From the IMG/VR virus record IMGVR_UViG_3300031088_000001: a stretch of 64,000 nucleotides of DNA, one strand, 5' to 3'. Each line of letters opens with the position of its first letter. Within the stretch, counting starts at the first letter, position 1. The position numbers were made by a program, and so were the translations under genes. Below are positions 51,062-60,139 of this stretch, piece by piece. Under the pieces are notes generated by a model. The model saw only the letters and a program-made list of their open reading frames with translations, was not told the origin of the DNA and did no database searches. This stretch comes from a virus.

Positions 51062-51898
51062 TTACCTTATGCCAATGATCGCCGCAGTGCCGGAGCGTGG
51101 AGCGGCGAATGTGATGCGGACATTGTTGCCGTCCAGAGGGATTTGCTCAGCGGGAATCATGTAATCCCCGTTGGGCAACGCGACTGCGATGATGAGGTTC
51201 TCAGTACCTAGGTCGTGAGCGATCAGCCACTCCAGGTCCTCATCTTCCTGCGTGTGCAGAAACTTTGGAACACCGTCACCGCCGCCAAGCTCAAGGGCTT
51301 TCACCTTGTTCTCAACGGTAGTTGTACGGGTACCCAGGGCACGCACCGAGTTGCGCACACTGGTAAGCTGTTGGTACACGGATGCTGCGAGCGACTGAGC
51401 AGCGGACGTCAGCTTCTCAACGAACGAACGAGGCACGGCTTCATCAGCCGCGTAGTCCTCGCTTGTTCCAAGAGTGCGTGGGTACACAGGCCCAGTGAAG
51501 CGGCCGCCAGTTGCATCGAATGCACCCAGGTCGAATGCCGTCAAGTCGTGCGTGTTGCCGATGTTGCGATTCAGTTCTTGGAAGTCCTGATCGCTAGGAC
51601 GAGGCTCGTCCCACATCTGCGCGTTCCAGAAGTTGGACTCCGTTGCCGCAGTCCACGTATGCGTGTGGTTTGCACTCGCACCGCGGTTGACACGGCGCAG
51701 TGCCGTTGACGTACTCGGGTCGATCCAGATGAGGTCCAGTGGAGCCACGACTTCAATCGGCTCCACCTTGCTCACGATGATGTTGATGCGGGTTTTGCTT
51801 GGCCCGTCTGTGGTAAGCAGCACGGGATTAGAGTCAGTCAGGCCTCGGACTTGCGCTGCCTGAATGAGTCTTGCAATCGGCAGGACCATGGGATTCAC
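51062..51898 (-). CDS. tail-fibre-like protein (278 aa) ending in the W-x-[IV]-x-H-x-L domain
   Basis: GGRFTGPVY fibre motif, a coiled segment, and C-terminus LEWLIAHDLGTENLIIAVALPNGDY...RITFAAPRSGTAAIIGIR. Confidence 0.65.
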   Translation of the reverse strand: MNPMVLPIARLIQAAQVRGLTDSNPVLLTTDGPSKTRINIIVSKVEPIEVVAPLDLIWIDPSTSTALRRVNRGASANHTHTWTAATESNFWNAQMWDEPRPSDQDFQELNRNIGNTHDLTAFDLGAFDATGGRFTGPVYPRTLGTSEDYAADEAVPRSFVEKLTSAAQSLAASVYQQLTSVRNSVRALGTRTTTVENKVKALELGGGDGVPKFLHTQEDEDLEWLIAHDLGTENLIIAVALPNGDYMIPAEQIPLDGNNVRITFAAPRSGTAAIIGIR

Positions 51899-51920
51899 CT
51901 CGATTTACACTGCGTCTAAA

Positions 51921-52367
51921 TTATCCACAATGGAGAGAGACGAGGTGGTCCCCGATCGCTGTCGCCACTTTCTTGGCATCCTCCTTGGAGAGTTCCACGA
52001 GCTTGAAGCCGCCGGGTACGTAGGCAATCGCACGGACTTGCTTGACGTTGCTGGCGAGGTCAAGCTGGAGTACCGCCAGAGCACTAGGCTCCAGCGAGTA
52101 GCACACATCGTTCACGACAAGGCCAGCAACGATCTGCGAGGCCACATCAGGGCGAACAGGCACGGGCTCCACATCATGCACGGACGTCTCATGGAGCTTC
52201 CCGTCGATGATCCGATAGCGATGTGGGCGTGCGCCAACTTCTTCCTTGGTGCTAATGTCCAGTTCGATCACATGCTCTGTGTCAGGCTTACCCGTCACAG
52301 GGTTGTGAAAGGCAAGAATCTCGCCAGACACGGGATCGTACTCCACGAGGTAAAACGGCATTTCCAT
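51921..52367 (-). CDS. hypothetical protein, possible fibre assembly factor
   Basis: 148 aa, directly downstream of a collagen-like fibre gene. N-terminus MEMPFYLVEYDPVSGEILAF. Weak call. Confidence 0.5.
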   Translation of the reverse strand: MEMPFYLVEYDPVSGEILAFHNPVTGKPDTEHVIELDISTKEEVGARPHRYRIIDGKLHETSVHDVEPVPVRPDVASQIVAGLVVNDVCYSLEPSALAVLQLDLASNVKQVRAIAYVPGGFKLVELSKEDAKKVATAIGDHLVSLHCG

Positions 52368-52378
52368 ACACCACCTCC

Positions 52379-53188
52379 TTAAGGAGCGTCGCTGCCAATG
52401 ACGAAGTAGTAGAAGTCCCAGCCGGTGGCAGCCACAGGTTGAGTCCCGCCAGCACCATCGCTCTCTTGTGCAAGCAGCGAGGTGTCCACGGAAAGCTCTG
52501 CGTTACCCTTGTTCACCCGATCAATCCGCACAGCGTTCTTGACGTTGCTCTTCGGGTTAATGAACTGGATGTGCATTGTCCGAGGCTTGTCGGTGATGAA
52601 CGACTCTGGGAAGATCACGCGCTGGAAAAGCGCAGCCTCGGTCGACGTGAAGCGGCCCCAGCACTTCAAGCTGAGGTTGTCGAATCGCTCGTAGGCATCG
52701 ACTTCACCCACGCCGAACGTTGGCGTCTTACCATCTTGCCCTGCTGGGCCAGTCGGACCGGTGGGACCCGTCGGGCCAGTAGCGCCCTGAACACCGGGAC
52801 CACCACTCGAACCTGCAGGACCGGTTGCACCCTGAGGACCCGGATCACCTTTGGGGCCAACGCAACCCTGATCGCCGACACGGCCGTCTTTACCGTTACG
52901 ACCGTTCGAGCCGGGTTTGCCTTGAGGGCCAGTGGGACCCGTAGGCCCCACTCCCACCGACTGCGTTGTAAGGAAGCCACGGATCAGCAGCGTACTGCGA
53001 TCCGCGCGGTTGAGAACGAGTGAGCCCGTCTCCGAGTCATAATCACCGGAGACGATTGTGGTATCACCGTTCAGATTCTCGTCATCCTGAAGCTCCAGCT
53101 CATTGCCGTTGAACTTCACAATGTCGTTGGTATCACCCGTGCCCGGATCGAGCAGCGGCAATGGCACCCTGGTCAGTCTACCAGTCAT
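52379..53188 (-). CDS. collagen-like (G-X-Y) fibre protein A
   Basis: About 28 uninterrupted G-X-Y triplets (GVGPTGPTGPQGKPGSNGRNGKDG...) containing GCVGPKG. The N-terminal domain ...GDYDSETGSLVLNRADRSTLLIRGF is shared with the paralogs. Confidence 0.85.
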   Translation of the reverse strand: MTGRLTRVPLPLLDPGTGDTNDIVKFNGNELELQDDENLNGDTTIVSGDYDSETGSLVLNRADRSTLLIRGFLTTQSVGVGPTGPTGPQGKPGSNGRNGKDGRVGDQGCVGPKGDPGPQGATGPAGSSGGPGVQGATGPTGPTGPTGPAGQDGKTPTFGVGEVDAYERFDNLSLKCWGRFTSTEAALFQRVIFPESFITDKPRTMHIQFINPKSNVKNAVRIDRVNKGNAELSVDTSLLAQESDGAGGTQPVAATGWDFYYFVIGSDAP

Positions 53189-53195
53189 AGTCTTC

Positions 53196-53366
53196 TCACT
53201 TCACGTTGAGCCATTTGGTGTTGTCCGAGGAGCGCACCTTGGTGTTGAGCGGGTTCATCTGAATCCACGACTTGTTGTCGCTCGCCCTGACTTTCCAACC
53301 CAGCTTGTCAAAGTTTTGAATCCACGGGTCGCTAACGGACTGTCGAACACGGAGTCTGACTGCCAT
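53196..53366 (-). CDS. small protein made of three Trp-containing repeats (56 aa)
   Basis: Internal ATG with TAATG overlap. Repeats VRQSVSDPWIQNF, VRASDNKSWIQMN and VRSSDNTKWLNVK. GC3 is about 77%. Confidence 0.6.
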   Translation of the reverse strand: MAVRLRVRQSVSDPWIQNFDKLGWKVRASDNKSWIQMNPLNTKVRSSDNTKWLNVK

Positions 53367-56300
53367 TATCCGATCTCCCCAATGCTGTTGGCTTGACCTT
53401 TCCAATCTGCTGCTTTGGTCAGGTACTGGACTTGGTTGTTGTAGCGCACGCTGAATCCAGCATAGCCAGGCGTACAGTTCGGGATGTTCTTGTATCGCAG
53501 GATCACGTTGCGAGTCCCCGCGCGTACATCCACAGTGAGTGTTGCCACGCCAATTGGACCAGAGCCCACCTTCTTACAGTCAATGTACAACTCATAGTCA
53601 TCGTCCGAGATAACGGTGATAACGTGCGAGCCGCTGTACGTGAACGGGATGAAGGCTTGCATCAGGTACATGACGTTGCCAGCAGCGCAATCGAAGTTTG
53701 GCTGCACGTGCAGGAGATTGCAGCCATCAGGACCACCAGCGCGCTCGAACACTTGCTCGCTTGGGTTCTGGTTGCAGATCGCGCTGTCGTCATCCATGAT
53801 CGTGCCGAAGCCACCAGACTTGGTGATGTTACCCTTCGACGCATTGCCGATGGTCATGCCCACGGTGCGATCAGGTTGCTGCACGTCGTTACCGAAGACT
53901 GGGACACAGACCTGCTTGGAAGTCTCACCCGGTGCGAACGTCACGGTACCCGATGTTGGCTGATAGTCACGCTCCTCAACCTTGATGCGCAGTGCACCTT
54001 CACTACCGCCTGCAGGAATCTTCTCGCAGTGCAGACCATCCCACGCTTGGTGATCGCCCCACGCAGTAATCATGGCAGCTACGCTGATAGCACTACGATC
54101 CACTGAGCCGTAGAACTCCATCCCGAACAGGTTAGCCAACTGGTTGGCACCAGACTCGAAGACGTAGTGGTCAGTGATGACAACAAGGCCACCACCGCGC
54201 TTAGCGTATTCGGCGAAGTTGGCTACCGAACCCTCCTTCAAGATACCTTCAGCCGCTACACCAGTTGCTGTCACCCGCGAACCCATGAAGATGATGGTGT
54301 CATACGTCAGGAGCTCAGCCAGTGGGATAGCACCCACAGAGTTCCACGCGTACACGTCTTTCATCACAGGCGTGAAGCCAGCAGCCGTGACAGTGCCCGG
54401 CAAGCTGATCCCGAACCCGTTGGGCTGACTGTCGAGCGTGTAGTTCCCACCAGTCGCGTTGTCGCAGGTAATCAACACCTTGCCTGTGCGATTGTTGGTG
54501 CGCGCAGTCCACTGGATCAAGTTCTTCAGGTAGGTGAATGCAGGCGGCAGACCAATGCCAGACACGAACACGGAGCTGAACGTGGCGTTTGCTTGCGACT
54601 GGGCACAGAAGCCCCAGCTGGTCTGGCCTGTGAATGCGCTCAGGTCAGCATCTGCACTCAGGTCCACTTCGATCTTGGTGCCTTCATCCAGTGCAACCGA
54701 ACCAAAGGGTGAGCAGTAGATCGTGATGATGTTGCAGTCACGCTCAACCCGCACACGGGTCTGCCCACGACCATTCCAGTTCCCGTTGCCGCCAGAAGTC
54801 TTCGTGGCGAGCACCTTAGTAGGTACACCGTTGACAAGCAGCGTCAGATTGAAGTTACCACTGCCATAACCTCCCATGCCACCGGGTACACGCGATGCAA
54901 CCAGATGGTAGTTGTCAGCACCAACACGGGCGAACGCAGCTACCAAGCCGATCATATCGTCATCCGCCTCGCCAGACGACAGCGTGGCCTCAAACGTGTA
55001 GCTCATGTACGACAGCGGCGAACAGAACGAAATCATCTTGGAACTGTTCGTGGTCGACTGGATGTTCCCGCTCGACAACCGCCATGCAGTAGCTTGCGAT
55101 GCAGCAGGGATTGTGGTAGGGTCCGAGTAATACTCGTCGCCTGCCGTCCGCCACCACGAGTCGAATACGGCCTGACCAGTAGGTGCATCCTGCGGCGCCC
55201 TGTAGGCATTGTTGTAGAACTTGGGGAACCCGCCATCGAATGCTGCACGACCAACGCCACAGTCCGCGACTGCGATAAAGGGGTTGTTGAACTCGTCGTT
55301 CGCCAGAATCCGGCCTTGGCAGATGAAGGGCTTAGCAGTACCGCCACCCGATTGGTAATCGACAGTCACAGGCATGGACTGCGGCTTATCCATAGTCACG
55401 GTCCAGCAGAGTTGAGCAGTCTCACCCTCCTTACCTTCCTTGACAATCGGATCGTCGATGCTGATGTTTGGATCCTCATCACCCGGGCACGTATGCAGGA
55501 ACGACCACGAGGTCTTACCGCTACCTGTTACCCGAATCTGAATCTTCTGGCCACCAGCGGGGTTGTAGTTGAAGTACAGCCAGTGATCGCCAGTAACAGG
55601 CCCACCAGTCGTCGCAACCAACGTACCGCCTTGATAGACGTCCAGCTTATCGGGGATGTTGTACATCTGGTAACGCACACCCACCTTACCAGCATTCGGA
55701 CCCATATCGACATAGGTGTCAGTAACGCCAGCACCACCAGAAGTCACGGCGCTCTGATCCGAACACGGCCGTGGGTCATCTTCACTGCCCTTCTCGCCCG
55801 GACAGGTGATCAGGTAAATCCACGAGGTCCCAGGGTCCCGTGCAGTGATGCGCACCATGACAAGCTGCGATTCACTAGGCGAATAGTCAAACTTCACATG
55901 GCCTTCGCCTGCCACGTATCCGCCAGTAGACTTGAGCAACCGTCCGTCTTGGAATACTTCGAGCTTATCCGGCTGGTTCCACATCTGGTAGTGTATGTCT
56001 ACCAAGCCAGCCTTATCACCCATGGCGTGATAGAACTCAAACGTTCCCAACCCGCCTTCTTTCTTCACCTCGAACGTACCGTGGCATGGACGTGGATCAG
56101 TGATTTCACCGTCCGTATCGTCGTCACCCACGCACTTCATCTGGAGCGTCCACTTCGACGCCTTAGTAGCACGTACACGGACAAACACCAGTGGGTCGTT
56201 ATTCACAGGTGTGAACACGAACTGCAATACGCCTTTGCCAGTACGCTGCCCACCAGTGGATGCAATGACCTTGCCACGGTAGTACACATCGACACTAACA

Positions 56301-57016
56301 GCACCAGCGTTCGCCATCCATGGCATACGCACTGCACCGCCTTCCTTGCCCATGTTCAGGTAGAACTCCCAGATACCCTTACCGCTACCATTGATAGCAC
56401 TTGGGCACTCGAATGGGCAATCAAACCCACCAGCGATCTTTGTACCGCAGTCCATGTCCGGACGGATAATGAGGACACCCTTCTCCTCACAGACACCCAG
56501 TCCGGGACGGTAGATACACGAGCCCTTGTCGCCCGCTCCATCACCATCGCTATCTGGCAGATCATAGCCACCTGGATATGGTGCTCCTTCCTGCCATCCA
56601 GAGCCGCCTTGGCCGGATCCCTTATCCCCATTATTGTACCAAGGGCTGCCAGGACCGTTCAAACCGCCTCCTATTCCGCCCGACCCAGACCCAGGGTCCG
56701 TGCCGTTACCGCCCGCCCCTCCGTTGCCTCCATTGCCACCTGTTCCACCGCCGGAGCCGTTACCACCACCTGAACCATTGCTGCCCTTACCGTCCGGTGT
56801 GCCGCCGTACTCATCCTCAGTGTCACAACTGGCTAGGCCTTCCGCCTTGCAATCAATGTCCAGCCAATAGGTCTCAGCACCATGGCGAACCTTCATGCCC
56901 TGTGCAGGAGTGATGCGTGTCCAGCCTGTGTTGCTTGGATTGCGCACCCGCCATTCACTCTGGCAGATATCCAACCACTTGGTGTTGGCCGCATTCCTGA
57001 TTCTTAGTCTACTCAT
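53366..57016 (-). CDS. giant multidomain adhesin-like fibre protein (1216 aa)
   Basis: N-terminal Trp repeats, a Gly/Asn/Ser-rich linker, three copies of a roughly 100-aa beta-sandwich repeat (F.FY..MG...G.V...YQM.N.PDKL.V.Q.G), Calx-beta-like segments (GTVTFAPGETSKQVCVPVFGND), and a PA14-like C-terminus (VISDDDYELYIDCKKVG). Confidence 0.8.
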   Translation of the reverse strand: MSRLRIRNAANTKWLDICQSEWRVRNPSNTGWTRITPAQGMKVRHGAETYWLDIDCKAEGLASCDTEDEYGGTPDGKGSNGSGGGNGSGGGTGGNGGNGGAGGNGTDPGSGSGGIGGGLNGPGSPWYNNGDKGSGQGGSGWQEGAPYPGGYDLPDSDGDGAGDKGSCIYRPGLGVCEEKGVLIIRPDMDCGTKIAGGFDCPFECPSAINGSGKGIWEFYLNMGKEGGAVRMPWMANAGAVSVDVYYRGKVIASTGGQRTGKGVLQFVFTPVNNDPLVFVRVRATKASKWTLQMKCVGDDDTDGEITDPRPCHGTFEVKKEGGLGTFEFYHAMGDKAGLVDIHYQMWNQPDKLEVFQDGRLLKSTGGYVAGEGHVKFDYSPSESQLVMVRITARDPGTSWIYLITCPGEKGSEDDPRPCSDQSAVTSGGAGVTDTYVDMGPNAGKVGVRYQMYNIPDKLDVYQGGTLVATTGGPVTGDHWLYFNYNPAGGQKIQIRVTGSGKTSWSFLHTCPGDEDPNISIDDPIVKEGKEGETAQLCWTVTMDKPQSMPVTVDYQSGGGTAKPFICQGRILANDEFNNPFIAVADCGVGRAAFDGGFPKFYNNAYRAPQDAPTGQAVFDSWWRTAGDEYYSDPTTIPAASQATAWRLSSGNIQSTTNSSKMISFCSPLSYMSYTFEATLSSGEADDDMIGLVAAFARVGADNYHLVASRVPGGMGGYGSGNFNLTLLVNGVPTKVLATKTSGGNGNWNGRGQTRVRVERDCNIITIYCSPFGSVALDEGTKIEVDLSADADLSAFTGQTSWGFCAQSQANATFSSVFVSGIGLPPAFTYLKNLIQWTARTNNRTGKVLITCDNATGGNYTLDSQPNGFGISLPGTVTAAGFTPVMKDVYAWNSVGAIPLAELLTYDTIIFMGSRVTATGVAAEGILKEGSVANFAEYAKRGGGLVVITDHYVFESGANQLANLFGMEFYGSVDRSAISVAAMITAWGDHQAWDGLHCEKIPAGGSEGALRIKVEERDYQPTSGTVTFAPGETSKQVCVPVFGNDVQQPDRTVGMTIGNASKGNITKSGGFGTIMDDDSAICNQNPSEQVFERAGGPDGCNLLHVQPNFDCAAGNVMYLMQAFIPFTYSGSHVITVISDDDYELYIDCKKVGSGPIGVATLTVDVRAGTRNVILRYKNIPNCTPGYAGFSVRYNNQVQYLTKAADWKGQANSIGEIG

Positions 57017-57031
57017 TGGTAGAACTCCAAC

Positions 57032-57547
57032 TTATGGCTTGACCCACAGTGCCCCAGGGACAACGTGGACGGCAGCATCCAGCACTGGGTCAGCGGTCTG
57101 AATCCAGATTTGAACGACGCCATCCTTGCCATCAGGGCCGGTGGGTCCAGTTGCACCGTTAGGGCCTGTAGCCCCTGGGTTGCCTTGTTCGCCGCGAGGG
57201 CCTTGACGACCGGGTGGGCCAGCTGGGCCTTGACAGCCAGTAGCACCCTTCTCACCGTCAGTACCATTGAGACCATCACGGCCGTCTTGACCTGCTGGGC
57301 CAGTGGGGCCTGCTTGGCCAACGCCCATGTCGCTGACAGTGGTGAACCCAGAGAGCTGGAGGCTTTCACCATTGCGCAGGACGAGCGTCAGGGTGCCAGA
57401 GGTGGCGTCGTAGTTACCAGCCGTGATGCCGTAGTCGTTCTGGTTGAGGCTATCCTCTTCCACCACGACGTTGTTACCATCGAAGCGCACGTCACTACCA
57501 GAGCGACCTTTGGCATCGAGCAATTTGAGTGGAACGCGAGTCAGCAT
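57032..57547 (-). CDS. collagen-like (G-X-Y) fibre protein B
   Basis: [48 protein letters not shown]... N-terminal domain [25 protein letters not shown]. Confidence 0.85.
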   Translation of the reverse strand: MLTRVPLKLLDAKGRSGSDVRFDGNNVVVEEDSLNQNDYGITAGNYDATSGTLTLVLRNGESLQLSGFTTVSDMGVGQAGPTGPAGQDGRDGLNGTDGEKGATGCQGPAGPPGRQGPRGEQGNPGATGPNGATGPTGPDGKDGVVQIWIQTADPVLDAAVHVVPGALWVKP

Positions 57548-57559
57548 AAGGTCACCTTG

Positions 57560-58255
57560 TTATGGCCATGGAGTGCCGATGGGTGGGTCAGTCGCAGGAG
57601 GCGTTACAGTGCCGCCACCGCCGCCACCCGATGCAGGAGTTTCAGTGGCGCTTGGGTTAACCCAGAGCCAGCCAGCGCCCACGTTACCAGGGTCAGTAGT
57701 GGAGACGACGATGTTCACGGTACCTGCAGGGCCAGGAGCACCCGGCTTACCAGTAGGGCCTTGCTCACCTCTGGGACCAGTGGGGCCGATTGGACCTTGT
57801 GGGCCAGTGGGTCCGCGTTCACCCGGTGCACCCTTGGGACCCGGGCAACCACGAACGCCTTGCTGACCCATCATGCCATCGCGACCATCAGGGCCGGTAG
57901 CACCAGTGGCACCCTGTGGACCTGCTGGGCCTTGGCAACCCTCTTCGCCTTTCTCACCGTCCTTACCATCACGACCATCAACACCGTCTTTACCCGGCAA
58001 GCCCTGAGGACCTGTGGGACCAGCGGGGATGTTACCCGCTGTGGCAAAGCCATTGATACGGACAATGTCGCCGTTGCTCATGGTGAGCGTCAGGATACCC
58101 AGCTGGGCGTCGTAGTAGCCGCTGGAGACTTCACTGATATCCGACTCAAGCGGCGCACTGGCCTCAAGGTGTTCGTCCCTGACCACTACTTCGGTCTGGT
58201 CTGATTCACCCGGGGCATAGATCAACGAACTGTGGATTCGAGTCAAGCCTGTCAT
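57560..58255 (-). CDS. collagen-like (G-X-Y) fibre protein C
   Basis: [37 protein letters not shown]...[10 protein letters not shown]... N-terminal domain [25 protein letters not shown]. Confidence 0.85.
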   Translation of the reverse strand: MTGLTRIHSSLIYAPGESDQTEVVVRDEHLEASAPLESDISEVSSGYYDAQLGILTLTMSNGDIVRINGFATAGNIPAGPTGPQGLPGKDGVDGRDGKDGEKGEEGCQGPAGPQGATGATGPDGRDGMMGQQGVRGCPGPKGAPGERGPTGPQGPIGPTGPRGEQGPTGKPGAPGPAGTVNIVVSTTDPGNVGAGWLWVNPSATETPASGGGGGGTVTPPATDPPIGTPWP

Positions 58256-58264
58256 GTTGAATCC

Positions 58265-59674
58265 TTATAGGTACTGCTGCACGGAGCTGTTGCCTGCCCA
58301 GTTGTCGTCAGTCTTGGATGAGGCAAACTCACCTTTGAGGCCGGCGTTCTTGGCATTCTTACCCGTGAAGTACAGCAGTTCGCCTGTGGAGGCGTTGTAG
58401 ATTTTCAGGGCACACCACGTTGGGATGCGCGCTGCGTTGTTGAGGAAGCGCAGGCGAACCTCAGTGGGTTTGTCCAGTGTCTTCGTGACTCGCGTGGTAC
58501 CACCTGGGTAGTCCGTCTGGCTGATGATCGCACAGTTCAGGAACAAGGTGGAGGCAACGCCCGGTGGAGTAATCAACTCGAAGGTGTACGCTGCACCAGC
58601 GGCCAGAGTACCACACATGACGACACTGTTTGGCCACCATGCAGTGTTTTGCCGTGCGAGTGGAAGTCCCGAGAGACCCAGTACACCGCCACCTGCATCG
58701 AAGTTGGCCCATGCAACATACCACGCAGTCGAGGTACCACCACACGAACTCTTCGGACTCTGGTTACCAAAGCTCGTACACAGGCTGATGCGCGCAGATG
58801 CAGTAGGTGGAGGCGATGGGTTAGCTGGCGCTGATGTATCAGGAGCAGGCGTTGCTGGCGCAGTAGTTGCACCGCACAGCTTACCAGTCCAGCCACACGT
58901 TGGCGCAACTGCATCAACACCGTCATCGTCCAAGCCCATGATTGCGACTTCTGGATCAGAGGCAGCGGCTAGGCCAAAGGCAACACCCTTACCGAACTTG
59001 GCACCTTGTGCACCTTGAGCGCCAGTGTTCTCTTCATCGCAACTTGGTCCAGTGAGGCCACGAGCGCCTTCAAACCCGTTACGTCCCTGTGGACCCATGA
59101 CACCACGATCGCCCGATGCACCCTCACAACCGTCTGGACCTTGCAAGCCCATGATGCCGGGATTACCTTCGACGCCTGGGTTACCAGCCTCACCCGGATC
59201 ACCCTTCTCACCTTCGCAACCGGTAGCGCCTTGAGCACCATCACGACCGAGACGTCCATTCTTCCCATCTTTACCCGGATCACCACGAGGACCTGTAGCA
59301 CCGTGACCCATCGCGTCTTGGCGCAGGAAGTTGAAGATGCGGTACTCTTCTTGGTTCTTCCGCACGAGGACAAGCGAACCCGTTTGTGGGTCGTAGCTCC
59401 ACTCCTCGATAAGGCGCCCGTTCTCCAGCGTGCGATCACGATAGTCGATGCTGTTGGACTCTTTGCGGAAGGCTTCCCTGCCATCCTGCCCAAACGTCTC
59501 GAACTGGTTGAGTTGTGGCTCAGTCAATGTCTGGCCAGTCATCAGGGCCTGAATCTCTTTCGAGTTCTTCACCCTGAGGTTTGTAATCACAGGCGCACCG
59601 ATGGGCACCCGGGATTGGTCTCCTAGGATAGACTTCCCAAGGAGTGGAGAGTCGGAAACACCTTTCACACTCAT
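58265..59674 (-). CDS. collagen-like (G-X-Y) fibre protein D with a PA14-like C-terminal domain
   Basis: GATGPRGDPGKDGKNGRLGRDGAQGATGCEGEKGDPG... The C-terminal roughly 190 aa (AAYTFELITPPGVASTLFLNCAII...LRFLNN...) resemble the C-terminus of 53366-57016. Confidence 0.8.
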   Translation of the reverse strand: MSVKGVSDSPLLGKSILGDQSRVPIGAPVITNLRVKNSKEIQALMTGQTLTEPQLNQFETFGQDGREAFRKESNSIDYRDRTLENGRLIEEWSYDPQTGSLVLVRKNQEEYRIFNFLRQDAMGHGATGPRGDPGKDGKNGRLGRDGAQGATGCEGEKGDPGEAGNPGVEGNPGIMGLQGPDGCEGASGDRGVMGPQGRNGFEGARGLTGPSCDEENTGAQGAQGAKFGKGVAFGLAAASDPEVAIMGLDDDGVDAVAPTCGWTGKLCGATTAPATPAPDTSAPANPSPPPTASARISLCTSFGNQSPKSSCGGTSTAWYVAWANFDAGGGVLGLSGLPLARQNTAWWPNSVVMCGTLAAGAAYTFELITPPGVASTLFLNCAIISQTDYPGGTTRVTKTLDKPTEVRLRFLNNAARIPTWCALKIYNASTGELLYFTGKNAKNAGLKGEFASSKTDDNWAGNSSVQQYL

Positions 59675-60132
59675 AGTGCACCTAGTGTATGCGACAATGC
59701 CTCCAGTATGGTATCAACCTGTTCACAGGCTGTTGCTTGCCCCACCATGGAGGTGCTGTCGTGTTGAATGAATCGCAGCTTGTTGTGCCGTTCGTTAAGC
59801 TGCGCAAACGTCTTGCGCGTGTCCTCAACCGTTAACCAGCCAAGGACCTCATCGAAACAGGACTGCTCGCAAGCGACGCTGCGGTGCAGTTGGTTCAGAT
59901 GCTGCTCAGACGGCAGCAGCTTGCCCACTTCGGTACGGATAATCTCCAGCGCCTTTGCCTTGTAGGAAATAAGCGATGGGCTGATCCGAACATTCGCACC
60001 GGTGACTTCAATGTCCAGCATGCCAGGGTTGTCCTCCAGCATCCTGTATATGTCGTCACCGATGGGAATGGCGTCGTGTGGCGGCTGTGTGCTGCGTCCA
60101 TAACTCCCATCGGGCATGACGTAGCAGATCAT
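59671..60132 (-). CDS. possible tail fibre assembly chaperone
   Basis: 153-aa ORF immediately downstream of the tail-collar fibre gene, which is the P2 H-G arrangement. MPDGSYGRSTQPPHDAIPIGDDIYRML loosely fits Tfa N-termini. Confidence 0.45.
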   Translation of the reverse strand: MICYVMPDGSYGRSTQPPHDAIPIGDDIYRMLEDNPGMLDIEVTGANVRISPSLISYKAKALEIIRTEVGKLLPSEQHLNQLHRSVACEQSCFDEVLGWLTVEDTRKTFAQLNERHNKLRFIQHDSTSMVGQATACEQVDTILEALSHTLGAL

Positions 60133-60139
60133 GGCTCAC

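Noticed and set aside
29367-59674. Periodic nucleotide repeats (GGN and GNNGNN tracts) that could be mistaken for a CRISPR or tandem-repeat array
   Set aside because: The periodicity is 3 or 9 nt, lies inside long ORFs, and translates to Gly-rich or G-X-Y protein. There is no repeat-spacer architecture of 25-40 nt units and no cas genes.
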